From: Octopus vulgaris
Taxonomy: Eukaryota
Assembly (NCBI GenBank): GCA_951406725.2
Contig: OX597819.1
Location: 112,902,001-112,966,000 of the forward strand
Direction: 5' to 3'
DNA: 64,000 bases
Below are positions 14,266 through 27,449 of the stretch, in pieces. The notes under the pieces are model-generated. The model did not search any database. It was not told where the DNA came from and saw nothing but the letters and a program-made list of their open reading frames with translations. Within the stretch, counting starts at the first letter, position 1. Every line of letters starts with the position of its first letter. The translations under genes were made by a program, and so were the position numbers.

Positions 14266-14540
14266 TAATAGAAAAAGTCGAAGGCTGGTCGTGGCTTTCG
14301 AGCCCGACAGGTAGCCTTTGACTTTCTCCATAATCAGAAGTAAAAGCGCCCTCTATATCAGTAAGAGAATGAGTGTATCTATATATTGACAAGCAATATA
14401 TAACTGGTTGTGGCTTTTGTCATCAGCTTTGAACCAAATATTGCCATTAGACAATATTCGTCGCGAAACCGACGGTAATATTCTGACCAATTATGTCACA
14501 ACCAGTAGTATAATGTATAATTTTATTCCATACACGCGCG

Positions 14541-14690
<150 letters not shown>

Positions 14691-14803
14691 TATTTATATA
14701 TGACTTACAAATAAACATACATTTTTACATTTATAAAATATACTAGTAGCCTATAGGACTTAAGGTTAGACTATTGAAGATAAATGTATATTTATTAAAT
14801 GTA

Positions 14804-15380
14804 AGGCGGTGAGATGGCAGAAACATTAGCACGCCGGGTGAAATGCTTAGTGGTCTGTCTTTACGATCTGAGTTCAAATTCCGCCGAGGTTGACTTTGCC
14901 TTTCATCATTTCGGGGTCGATAAATTAAGTACCAGTTACGCAATGGGATCGATGTAATCGACTTAATCCGTTTGTCTGTCCTTGTTTGTGTTCTCTGTGT
15001 TTAGCTCCTTGTGGGTAGTAAAGAAATAGGTAGTTCGTCTACCGCTACGTTCTGAGTTCAAATTCTGCCGGGGTCGACTTTGCCTTTCATCCTTTCGGGG
15101 TCGATTAAATAAGTACCAGTTACGCACTGGGGTCGATATAATTGACTTAATCCGTTTGTTTGTCCTTGTTTGTCCTTTGTGTTTAGCCCCTTTTCGGGTA
15201 GTAAAGAAATAGGTATTTCGTCTGCCGCTACGTTCTGAGTTCAAATTCCGCCGAGGTCAACTTTGCCTTTCATCCTTTCGAGGTCGATAAATTAACTACC
15301 AGTTGCGTATTGGGGTCAATCAAATCGACTAGACTCCTTCCACCAAATTCTGGGCCTTGTGCCTAGAGTAGAAAAGAATA
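14804..15380 (+). mobile_element. SINE family A trimer (head-to-tail)
   Basis: One full head, then two units restarting at ggta(t/g)ttcgtc after aaagaaata. Confidence 0.85.
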
Positions 15381-16069
15381 CCTGCTCGCGAATACACGGA
15401 CAAAAGAAACAATGCACGCTCGCGAATGCACAAACATGCACGCGCGCGCTTATGCAAATTCTTCAGGCATAAAACAGTACTAGTCCTGACAAAGTTATCA
15501 TTAAAAATGAATGTATGTGTATGTGTGCATATGTGCGAACGTGTGCGTTTGTGTCATGTTTAAAATAAAAAGCTAGCTACTCAGTTTGTATATTAAAACT
15601 GTTAGTTTTGCTTTTACGTGATTCTTCAGAAAATGAGTTGCGTCGTCTGTCATTCCACCTCCATACCTAGAATCTTTAATATGAATGAAAACAAATTTTG
15701 TATCTCAATGGTGATTTTTGTTGATTCGTAAGACATATGTTTTCATTGGCTGCTATTTGTAATTTTTCTGTATATTTTTGTAGGTTTTTAGATTTGTTAT
15801 GTGTGTACATATGTTTGCTTGTATAAACGTGTGTTGTGTCTGTATCTTTGGAATTGCTTAGTGTTATTCTGTAGTGGATTATTTGATGAACGATGGATTC
15901 TGATTTGCTTAATATTGCTAATTAACACGCCCCCAGCTGTATCAAGAACAAATCCCTCTCTGAACTTTAAGGATAAGAGTTGAATTGGAATAAAAACTCG
16001 ATATCCCCTTCTACTAATAATATTGGCATACCTACACACGGGAGACAGAACAAAAACTTCATAGATTGG

Positions 16070-16658
16070 TATCAAATTTTGGCACAAGGCCAGCAAATTT
16101 GGAGGAAGGGTAAGTCGATTACAACGACCCCAGTGTGCAACTGGTATTTATTTGATCGACCCAGAAAAGATGAAAAGCAAAGTCGATCCCGGCGGAATTT
16201 GAACTGAGAAAGTAAAGACAGACGAATTGCCGCTCAGCATTTTTCCCGGCATGCTAACGATTCTTTTCTACTATAGGCACAAGGCCTGAAATTTGGGGGA
16301 GGGAGATAGTCGATTACATTGACCTCAGTACTCAGCTGGTGCTTAATTCATCGACCCCAAAAGGATGAAAGGCAAAGTCGATCCCGGCGGAATTTGAACT
16401 CAGAACGTAGCGGCAGACGAAATACCTATTTCTTTACTGCCCACAAGGGGCTAAACACAGAGGAGACAAACAAGGACAGACATACGGATTACGTCGATTA
16501 CATCGACACCAGTGCGTAACTGGTACTTAATTTATCGACCCCGAATGGATGAAAGGCAGAGTTGACCTCGGCGGAATTTGAATTCTGAACGTAGCGTCAG
16601 ACGAAATACGGCTACGCATTTCGCCCGGCGTGCTAACGTTCCTCCAGCTCGCCGCCTT
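16070..16658 (-). mobile_element. SINE family A cluster/multimer
   Basis: Reverse-complement copies of the same core, repeated three times. Confidence 0.8.
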
Positions 16659-17004
16659 AAGCAAAAGTCTAATATATTACACAGGAGAAAGCATCGAGCT
16701 ATACTCTTTCACCACTACTTTTTCTCACTCTTTCTTCCTACTTTTGCCACAAAGCAGAGGAACCATGGTGTAACCCACTATGGTGTGATAAACTTTCAGA
16801 CCTTAGTCTAGATTGCGAATCCTCTGTACCCCAGTATGGTTCAGCTCTTCACCCGATAAAAGTCACCGTTTACGGAATGAGAATAACAACGTAGCTTTCA
16901 CGCCCGTGGATGGATCTTCAAGTTGCCGCACGCATTCTTAGTAGCTTGGAGTAGGTTCGAATTAGAGATTATTCTTTGTGGCTAATGGCGTGAGTCCTGA
17001 TTGG

Positions 17005-17113
17005 GAGAAGAAGAAAAAGAAGAAGAAGAAGAAGAAGAAGAAGAAGAAGAAGAAGAAGAAGAAGAAGAAGAAGAAGAAGAAGAAGAAGAAGAAGAAGAAG
17101 AAGAAGAAGAAGA
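17005..17113. repeat. (GAA)n microsatellite
   Basis: Direct. Confidence 0.95.
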
Positions 17114-18524
17114 CAACAGCAGCAATAACACTACACGTCGATCCACCTGCTAGAAAAAGCAACCAAATGCCTTCAAATCACCCCTACTGTCTTAAAAAAA
17201 TGAATAACAACTGATGGTCATGACTGGAATGCCTTTCACCAGAGGCGCATCCTGTCACATTTGACCTGGATTTGAACAATTAGTACAAATCATTAACACT
17301 TTCTCATTGAAATCAAGAAATCAATCGCAAGAGAATAAAAGCTAAATCGACCCAGATTGGATTCGAAATTAGAACAGACACACACACACACATACACACA
17401 CACACATACACGCACACACACACACACACACACGCACGCACGCACACGTACGTATGCATGTATATATATTACGGAGGTATGGACGTGAACGTCACGACTT
17501 CATTAACCCAAGGTGAGAAAGCACTGTGTGCCCCTCATCTCTGGCCTCTTAGAGTTAATAAATAATCTTTAAACTGATTTCAGCTTGTGTCTGTATGTAT
17601 GTTTCTATCGATGCGTGTACCTACGTGTTGGTGTCGATGTGTTTTTGTTTCTTTGTTCTAATTTCAGGAAAGATGTGTGTACATATGCATGTGTATGTGT
17701 GCGTGTGTGAGTATCTATATGAGTATGTATGTGTGTGCGAGTATTTCTGTGTATTTGGTGTTTTTGTATGCCGGTGTGCTTGCGCCTGGGTATATTTTGT
17801 GGAGAAGCCAAGTGTGCGTATATTTGATATATGAGTATGTAACGGGTGTAACTATGTCGGCTATGTTTGTGTCTGCATGTGTATGTGACAGTGGTGTGAG
17901 AAAGTACGCGAGTTGGTGCGTTTATATGTCTGTATGTAGAGGATAAATGTATATGGGCATGTGTTTGTGTGTGCGCACGTTGTGCGTGTGTGTGTAAGTG
18001 TAATGTGTAAAATATTTCAATATTAGTTTTATGAATGTTTTTGCTTGTATATGTATATGTGTATGTGTGAGTCAAGTAGAAAATATTGGAAAAGGAATTA
18101 GTATGTTATTGATGCCGTAAAGTGCGGATGTCCGCAGTTTGAAGATGTGCCTTTGTTCGCAGAGTTATCTAGAAAAAGAGATATGGCTCTGTAACGAGTT
18201 TGCAGAATCGTTTGATCATCAGCGTTTGATCCAACTCCCTGAGCTCATTTTCTGCCGAGGCCAGCTTTACCGTTTATCCTTTTGGAATCCAGAGCAACGA
18301 ACTGACATAACTGCAAGCGGATTGCTGGTGAAAGTGTCAAAGTGTTGGACGAGGTAACTTGCCGTATGTTGTATTCTGGTGGCAATGTCTTCGACGACAC
18401 TGGCGCCAAGATATACTTGGACTGTATTTCCTTTGAGATAATAGTGACATAGAAAGGAAACATTTGCATGAACAAGCAACCTCTGGTGTTCAATGAATAA
18501 TCTGTCTTAGCATAATCTGTCCCA

Positions 18525-20140
18525 TTTGGACTCAAAAAGTGCGGAATAATCTACCTAAAAAGAGGCAAGATATAGCTTCTAACAGGTACAGAATTACCGA
18601 ACGGAGACTTGGTAAAACAATTTGAAACAGAAGGCTACAAATACCTATGTTTATAGAGTCCAACGAGATAATGGAGAAGGAAATGAAAGAGCAACTGAAG
18701 ATGGAGTATTTCCGAAGACTAAGGTTCGTATTGCGCTCAAAATTTACTGGATAGAATAAAATCCAAGCAGTTACTAGATGGCGATAGCATCACTTCGGGA
18801 TGGCGCAGGAATTATAAAATAGCAAAAAAGAGAAGTGAAGAAAATGGATACCAAGATCAGAAAAATGTTGACAGTACACGGAGCTTTCAACCCTAAGAGT
18901 GACACCGATAGGCTGTACTTGTCCAGAAGAAAGTGAGGGGGAGGTTTGATCAGTTGCCAGAACTGTATCAAAGCAGAAAAAAACAGTTGAGGGTGGTATA
19001 TTGTTGTGGCGGACACCCCCAGGTGAAAAGTGGGCTGGCCCACAACTAATAAATAGTGGACTCAGTAAGTAGTGTCAGCCAGCGAGGTACGCCGTTCGGG
19101 CCAGTCACGCAGACAATGAAATTACGATGTCATAATGCTGGACATATCATATATGAAAAATGCCGTAGAGCCATTGTTGAAGCATACGAAGAAGGCCGGC
19201 GTCGTCAAAACTGAAAATTGTGTAATGAAAGAAAAATTTAAAGGAGTAATAAACAGAAAAAAAAGAAAAAGCATATAAAGAAAAAAAATGTATGGTCAGT
19301 TTGCAAGAGATGTGAATACCAAGACAGATACAGAGGACCGGTGGCTATGGATGGGAAGTGACCTGAAGATAGAGGCAGAAGCACTCATATGCGCAGCTCA
19401 AGAACAAGCGTTAAGGACCAACTATGTGAAGTACAAAATACACAACACTACCGACAGCGACAAATGCAGAATGTGTGGTGAGAGGGGTGAAACGGTATGA
19501 CACATCGTTAGCGAATGCCCGAAACTGGCACAACGAGAATATAAAAGACGCCATGACAATGTAGCAAGAATAATCCATTAGGAGCTGTGTGGAAATCACG
19601 GCCTACAAAGAGCAAAGATGTGGTATAAGCAAACCCCAGAAGGAGTCACCGAGAATGAGAATTGCAAAATCCTGTGGGATGCAATGATCCAATGCGATCA
19701 CCTGACCAGACATCGGAAACCGGACATTGTTGTGGTGAATAATAAAAGAAAGAACATGCATGATAATCGGCATAGCATGCCCCGGTGACAACAGGATCAA
19801 TGTGAAAGAAGAAGAAAAAAATAAACAATTATGACGATTTGAAATGAGAAATACGAAGGTTGTGGTCAACGAGGAGAGTAGACGTGATATCAATAGTAAT
19901 TGGTACACTTGGAAGTATCAGCACTCAACTACCAACGTGGCTAAAAAAGGCTGGTGCAAGTGTGAAGGTAGAACACCAGCAAAAATCAGTATTGCTTCGA
20001 ACTGCAAGAATTCTTCGCAGGGTTTTTGAAGCATGACTAGTAAACAGATGTCACCTTAGTCTGCTGGCTGTGGGAAGCTGACACTTTCCATCATTCACAG
20101 CAAAATAATCTGTGAGTTTTCATCGCATAATAATAATAAT
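18525..20140 (+). mobile_element. Degenerate R4/Dong-like non-LTR retrotransposon 3' half (RT end, CCHC knuckle, REL endonuclease)
   Basis: YKYL, ALICAAQEQALRTNY, CRMC...ETV.HIVSEC, YKRRHDNVA, KILWD...RKPDIVV motifs; many stops; ends in (TAA)n. Confidence 0.88.
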
Positions 20141-20344
20141 AAAAATTTCATATATTTTCCACAAGGGCGAGGGATGAGGGGGACTGTACAAAGACAGACA
20201 TAAAGTGTAGGGCTTTACATATAATGAAATGATGAAAAAAACATAAAAGAAAGAAAGTATACACGGTATACAAAGAAAAAGGAGTGATATATGCATTGCA
20301 CACAAAGGTTTAAAAAAAAGTAGAAACCTCTCAGCTTATTTTAC

Positions 20345-20917
20345 TGGGTACAAAGTGTCAGCTGTCCACAGCCAACATACTAAGGTGACACTTGTTTACT
20401 GATCGTGCTTCAAGAACCCCGCGGAGAACTCTTGCAGTCCCAAGCAATTTTCGCTGGTGTTTTATCCACATTTCTACCAATCGTTTTTAGCCATGCTGGT
20501 AGTTGAGTGTTGATACTTCCAAGCACGCTAATTACTATCGGTATCACGTCCACTTTCTTCCTAGCCCGCAGTCTGCGTGGGCAATGTCATAATTGTTCAC
20601 TTCCTCTCCGCCTCCCCTCCTCCTCCTCCTCCTCCTCCTCCTTCTTCTTCTTCTTCTTCTTCTTCTTCTTCTTCTTCTTCTTCTTCTCCTCGTCCTCGTC
20701 CTCGTCCCCCCTCCTCCTCCTTCTTCTTTCTCTTTGAACCTGTTGTCACTGGGACATGCTATGTTGATTATCACGCAAGTTTGTTTTTGTTCACCATAAC
20801 AATATCAGGGTTTCTTTTCTTTTTTTTTTGTTCAATATAACAATGTCAGGTCTTTTGTTCATTACCTCAATATCAGGTTTTTGTTTTATTTTGTTCACCA
20901 CAACAATGTCAGGTTCA

Positions 20918-20920
<3 letters not shown>
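20345..20920 (-). mobile_element. Inverted R4/Dong-like 3' fragments interrupted by (CCT/CTT)n
   Basis: Reverse complement of the 19700-20090 region (KPDIVVV, ACP.D, 3' UTR). Confidence 0.75.
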
Positions 20921-20957
<37 letters not shown>

Positions 20958-21160
20958 GATTATTATTGTGATTATTATTTTTATTATTATCATTATTATT
21001 ATTAAAGCAATGAGCTGGCAGAATCGCTAGCACGCCTGGCGAAATGCTTAACGGTATTTCGTCTGCTGCTACCTTTCATCCTTTCGGGGTCGATAAATTA
21101 AGTACCAGTTGAACACATCCCCTCCCCCAAAATGGCTGCCCTTGTAGCAAAATTTGAAAC

Positions 21161-21217
<57 letters not shown>

Positions 21218-21371
21218 CATTATTATTATTATTATTATTATCATTATCATTGTTGTTGTTATTGTTGTTGTTGTTCTTCTTCTTCTTATTATTATTATTA
21301 TTATTATAAACCATCTCAGAAATTGTTTATATTATGCTAAATGAAAAACCAATTTATTTTGTTTCCCTTAG

Positions 21372-21504
21372 GAAAGCTTCCTGAATCTTCATCCCGCGCT
21401 AAAACGTCTTTGTCCTTTATGCATTAACAAAGAAAAACTACTAGCTTCAGTAAATGAATCTAATCCACTCCAACAAGGTCAGCATAAAAATAATACAAAG
21501 AATG
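21372..21504 (+). CDS. MMP coding exon 2: pro-domain (ESFLNLHPALKRLCPLCINK...)
   Basis: Strong acceptor ttttgtttcccttAG, open frame, donor G|GTAAGT; phase 0 in and phase 1 out bridges exons 1 and 3. Confidence 0.75.
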
Positions 21505-22023
21505 GTAAGTTATATTAAAACGATAATTGATTGAAGTCATGCATAAAATATATAATTTTTGCTTTATTAAATATTTCTAATCCCTAAATTATTAGAATGT
21601 TTTATTATTAATACTACTACTACTACTGAGGCAGCGAGCTGGTAGAATCGTTTGCCGGGCAAAATGCTTTGCGGCGTTTCGCCCATCCTTACTTTACTGC
21701 TTCTTTTATTTAATAACATAGAAAGACTCACAAATTCTGTCGAGGTCGCCTTTATTTTTCATCCTTTAGGGGTCGATAAAATAAACATCAGTAAAGCACT
21801 GGGGTCGATGTAATCGACTAATCCCCTCTTTTGAAGTTGCAAGCCTTGTGCCGCATTTGAAACCAATTAAGAAAGACTAAATTATTTCTCTCAAAAACCG
21901 TTATATCAGTTACTAAGATTTTAAAATTAATTATGTTTAACATTAATAATTCAAAATCCTTTACGAGTGATTTATTTCAAAAAGAATCGCAATCGTAACA
22001 TTGCCCCTAATTTATTTCTTTAG

Positions 22024-22137
22024 GGGAAAAGATGGAACCCAGGAGAAGATGCGGTGTTCCTGACCGTCGAGGATTACATCTGAATGTTTCATATGTTAGA
22101 CTTGGAAAAAGAAGTCTTTACTGGACAATATACCACG
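22024..22137 (+). CDS. MMP coding exon 3: cysteine switch (PRRRCGVPD) and basic activation site (RLGKR)
   Basis: Acceptor tttatttcttTAG; EKMEPRRRCGVPDRRGLHLNVSYVRLGKRSLYWTIYH; donor G|GTATGT. Confidence 0.92.
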
Positions 22138-22184
22138 GTATGTCATTGCTGATATCATTTATCATGATATAACATTGTTATCAT

Positions 22185-22315
22185 TTACATTATTTACATT
22201 TGACGGATATTTGTTTGTTGTTAACACAACGTTTCGGCTGATGTACTCTCCCGCTTTCATCAGATGCCCTGGGGGAATTTCGAACCTAGGTTCTCATTCT
22301 TAAGGTATTCTCCGA

Positions 22316-22379
<64 letters not shown>

Positions 22380-22527
22380 ATCGAAAAATACCTTAGGAAT
22401 GAGAACCCAGGTTCGAAATTCCACCAGGACACCTAATGAAGGCTGGAGAGTACATCAGCCGAAATGTTCTGTTAACAACAAACAAGATGAGGACACATTT
22501 CCGTCAAATGTAAATAATGTAAATAAT
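22185..22527. mobile_element. Palindromic Penelope-like (PLE)-derived element with a hammerhead-like motif in each arm and a central (TTA)n
   Basis: Arms 22185-22315 and 22378-22527 are reverse complements; the - arm reads gcat CTGATGA ... cagcc GAAA cgtt gtgt. Confidence 0.7.
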
Positions 22528-22602
22528 CTACACAATATAGTAAAATATACAGATTGCTCTTCGATATATATATGTGTGTGTATAGAGTTAGATATACATA
22601 CA

Positions 22603-22633
<31 letters not shown>

Positions 22634-23870
22634 GACGAGTTTGCACTCAGTTTCTTTCCACCTACCGAACTGACTCACAATGGATTGGTCGGCCCCGTCC
22701 TACAGTCGAAGTCACTGGCCCAAAATTCCACGCAGTAAGACTGAATCAAGAGTGCATAGCTTGCATTTTAACCACATGGCTTTGGGCAGAGTACAGCGGT
22801 TAATGGGAAGAATTGAGAGAAAGTGTGGAGGGAGACTAACAAAATCCTTTTCATATTTAGTTACGGTCATTTACATGTATGTATACACTTAATTATACGT
22901 TCGCGCACACATGCATATATGGTTGACTCGCTCATTATTCAAGTCTCACACATGCAGGAACTATGTATGTGATTTAAAGGTGCCCCCTGTGAAGTGAATG
23001 GATCTTTAACAGCACGCCGCTGGGGCAGCTCTGTATTTGTCGTAGTGAAGGTCGGTTGTTGCGGCTAGTAGGTTATGTAATTAAAATTATTGCAAAACCT
23101 TACATCGCGGAAGCTTCTAAGATGCAAGGGAGATGATTCGACAACTTATATATTCATCAACAAGGGAGACTACTCCAGGTGATTCCTAGCGTTTTCATTT
23201 GTGAATTAGTTGTATTGCTCGACACAAGATAATCAGCTGACGAAATTTTCTAAGAGTAATTTCAAAGATTAATTCACCAGTATCTTGCAGTTATCTTTTT
23301 ATTCACAAGAAACGGTTGTATAGTCAGATACGAAAGAAAGTAGCACTCAACGTATATGATAGTAGCTTCATATGATCTTCCTAAAAGTTTGACTCGACTC
23401 CATTTGATGAAACAGACTTGTCCTACACATCCTCGAAATTTTAAGTGTGCTGATTCAATCTGTTATATATAAGAAATCTATAAGAAGTACTTCATCGACA
23501 AAAATATCTCGGTTTATCAGGCTTCCGACGACGTAGATACTTTATGTATGATACACAGACTGCTATTTTGAACTAATACTCTTTCGGTCGCTCATAACAC
23601 ACACATACACACACTCATACACACACTCACACACACATACACGCACACGTATATATATGTAGGTTTACAGTTATCACGTAGGCACTTTAAATTTCTTTTA
23701 AAACATTTTATTACATTTAAATTTCTATCTAACATTTCTATCTAATATTCTAGTATAGAATAATGGTTTCATCTTTTTTTACATAATTAAGATCTAAACT
23801 GTTAATATATGAATGCGAAAGAGATAGTTGGATACATAAGCTTTTGGGCCACCCTGTGTGTATATGTATG

Positions 23871-23976
<106 letters not shown>

Positions 23977-24087
23977 CTTATGTGTATGTAAGCGTGTATG
24001 CTTGCATGTATCTATATATGTATGTACGTGTATGTATGTATTCATACATGATTTATGCTTTATTACTTGCATTTTGGCAAAATGTAG

Positions 24088-24188
24088 GATCCAAATGGTA
24101 TAAGAAAGACTTGACGTACAACATCAACACTCCACCGAAATATCCTAATAAACATCAACTGGAGTATGTGATAACCGCTGCCTTGCGG
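24088..24188 (+). CDS. MMP coding exon 4: catalytic domain N-terminus
   Basis: [15 protein letters not shown]...VITAALR matches the MMP kW....lTY motif; AG acceptor and GTGAGT donor. Confidence 0.92.
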
Positions 24189-24974
24189 GTGAGTAAAATG
24201 TTTACATTTCATGTAAAATTGAGAAGGCTTTTTGTTTCGATAAGAGCGTAGGATGAAATTGTGTCTGATTGTCTCTCCGTTTGAGAAATAAATAAATAAA
24301 GAAACAAACAAACAAACAAACAAACAAAGAAACGCCGACTTGCTCTTATTGCCACGGTATACGAATTAACCCGCTTTCATGATCTCTGTATAATTTTTGC
24401 CTGTTCAGACAAGTTTCATCGGGGAAACGGACACACAAGGTCTAGTGTTGAAGGCACTTGCCAAGGTGCCGCGCAGTGGGGATGAATTCGTAACCACGTG
24501 ATTGCAAAAGGATCTTCTTAACCACGCGGCTATGCCTGCGCCTGCAAAGAATTAGATTAGTTAATCAAATTCCCTTATTAACCAGAGAAAGTAAACAAAA
24601 ACTTACTACAATTATTAGTGACTCTTCAGAAAGAAAAAGAAAAGATAATTTCGAAGAATAAAGAATGAATTGTACAGAAAACTATGAAATTAATACTTAA
24701 TTTCTCGAAATTATCTACAAATTTGAGGGGTCACTAACAATAACCTCTAAATAAGAGCCAAATTTTGTACTCGTCATTTAATATATCAGCATCTGCTAGA
24801 ATTTTACAATTTAAAATGATACGGCATGTGTGTGTGTGTGTGTGTGTGTGTGTATGATATGTCATCCAACGTACCTTCATGTTTGAAAACGTTAAGATGT
24901 AATTTGAGAACAGTACGTCTGTTATTTCTTAGCCCTCACGTTGCTGTCATTGTTAATGTTTATAAAAAAAAAAC

Positions 24975-25280
24975 GTCGCCCCTTTTCAAGCATAGCCAGG
25001 CTCATGGGCCCGGTTTCCCGGTTTCTGTGGCGTATGTGTTCCCCCCAGCTTGACGGGATGCCAGTCCATCGCAGCGTTACTCAAGAAGCAGGAAGAGAGA
25101 GTGAGAGAAAGTTGTGGCGAAAGAGTACAACAGGGGTCGCCACCACCCCCTGGTGGAGCCTCGTGGAGCTTTTAGGTGTTTTCGCTCAATAAACACTCAC
25201 AATACCCGGTCTGGGAATCGAAACCGCGATCCTCCGACCGCGAGTATGCTTCCCTAACCACTGGGCCATTGCGCCTCCAC
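24975..25280 (-). mobile_element. tRNA-derived SINE (family C)
   Basis: Reverse strand gtggaggcgcaatggcccagtggttagg...ggtttcgattccc; homologous to 896-1185. Confidence 0.8.
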
Positions 25281-25403
25281 AGTTAATGTTTATATTGCTA
25301 TCTTATTTGTTGTTCATAATGAAGTTTGTTCGTAACTGCTTTTGTGTTTGTCGTTTTTTTTCTTTAATTTTCTTTACTCATTTCATACTCGTTTATTAAT
25401 TAG

Positions 25404-25629
25404 GCATGGGAACGAGTCACACAGTTGACATTCACTCGCAAGAGACGCGGCCCGGTTGACATAGAAGTAAATTTTCTCACTGGTAGACATGGCGACGGTA
25501 GTCCATTTGATGGAAATGGTGGAATTCTGGCGCATGCGTTCTTCCCCTACGACAACTCACCGGGCCTATCAGGTGATGCCCACTTTGATGCGGACGAAGA
25601 CTGGGGTTCGAGAAATTTCATCAACAGAA
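25404..25629 (+). CDS. MMP coding exon 5: structural Zn/Ca ligands
   Basis: AWERVTQLTF...DIEVNF...HGDGSPFDGNGGILAHAFFP...GDAHFDADEDW; donor A|GTGAGT. Confidence 0.97.
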
Positions 25630-26133
25630 GTGAGTCGGTTCAGTTTTTGTAATTACTATTAGCTCTGTCTCATCACTGAGGACTGCGCTTTTTCGGAATT
25701 TGAGGTACTATTTCTTAAAAGTCGAATGACTATGCAGAGTCACCCTCAGTGGATTTTTCCTTTCCATATAATCAGACCTGGTCGAAACATGGTTTTCTCT
25801 AGAATCGCTGTGACACAGAACATTAGTTATTTAGATTCGATTCAACCACATCTCAAACAATACCAACTGCTAATTCTTTCCGGTCATTTGATTGGCGCTA
25901 AAGACAGTTCATTCGTTGGAGCTAGAGATAGTGTAATGATATTTTAAACTTTAAAGTGTCACTACGAAGTAAATGAAATATAGTTGAAATGTGTCAACAT
26001 GATGAACACAGGCCAAGAGTTTTAGTTCTTTTAGTACTACCGGTACTGTATTTTGAACTTTTGTTGTCAATAATGGCTACTGCAAAATGTTTCATACATT
26101 TTTATTGTGAAGCAGAGTTTAGTAAACGTTGTT

Positions 26134-26227
<94 letters not shown>

Positions 26228-26986
26228 CGTGTGTGTGTGTGTGTATGATGCGCACTCTACAACGTATCTCTATTCTATCTCCCTCTCTTGTTCTTCTTCC
26301 TTTCTGTTTTTCTCCCCCACCCTTTCTCTAATTCTTCTTTCCCCTTCACCGTTCCCCCTCTCTTTCTCTCTCTCACTCACTCTTCCTCCTTGACTCTCTC
26401 GTTGCTCACACGTGATCAACGGCTATCTATCTTTCTTCTACTTCCTTCCTAAAGACAAGACGTGCTTTTGCCTGTCTTTTCTCAAAGCTCGTTTTTCCAG
26501 CGTTCACTACTTCATCTCGTTATGGCTTAACAGCCCTCACCATTTGTTTTTGCTGTTTTTTTCTTACCACTTTAGCCCTTCGCAAAAGATCCCAAATTTT
26601 ATTTAATTTGCTTTGCGGGAAAGACTGTTTTAACGAAGTTGCGTCTGTCCTTACCTTTGAAACGCGGAGTAAATAAAACAGGGGACAACTGATGAAGGGA
26701 ATGTTCTTTATGTTGCCTGTCTCGTTTCTCTATTTCTTTCTTTCGATGTCCGAAAAAAAGTTCGTTTTCCATGCTTCTGTGTTTTATGCTCTCGTTTCTC
26801 ATTTTGTTCAGGTTTTTTTGACGTCCTGTATCCATGTATGCATGTATATATACATAAATATGTAGGCATGTACATGTATGTGAGTATATATATGCATATA
26901 TATTACATATATATATGGTATAATTAATTAATTAATCAATCAATCAACTAATTCATAATTAATAATTTTACTAAGTAGTTCAAGAG

Positions 26987-27024
<38 letters not shown>

Positions 27025-27148
27025 GGAGTCGTGTACCAACACTTTCATGTGGCATACTTGAACAATTGTGAAAATCTTTTCCCATGAAACCATTGGTAGT
27101 CTTATTAACATAAATATTATATATATATATATATATACATATATATAC

Positions 27149-27212
<64 letters not shown>

Positions 27213-27352
27213 AATATAAGAGAGTGGTCACTATATGGCTCACTCTAGCACCAGTTAATCCAAAAGGTTTCAACCACAAAAATACATGCTTCCCATGAAA
27301 GTTAGTACGATTGTTAGCTCACACGGACAGGGCAAATAAAAATAACAAAATA

Positions 27353-27449
27353 CAGATTATTTTGGGACAATTGTTTCGCTATTAATGAATTAAATGTAAT
27401 TTTACTTACAATTAAAATCCACTTGTAGCTCTTCAGCCAAAACTATCTG
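27353..27449 (-). ncRNA. Type I hammerhead ribozyme, copy 1 of 6
   Basis: cagauaguuuugg-CUGAAGA-gcua...uagc-GAAA-c-aauu-GUC/ccaaaauaaucug; 13-position stem I with one mismatch; predicted cut between 27366 and 27365. Confidence 0.85.

Noticed and set aside
24975-25280. tRNA gene
   Set aside because: The tRNA-like head continues into a repeated SINE body and no complete cloverleaf is evident.
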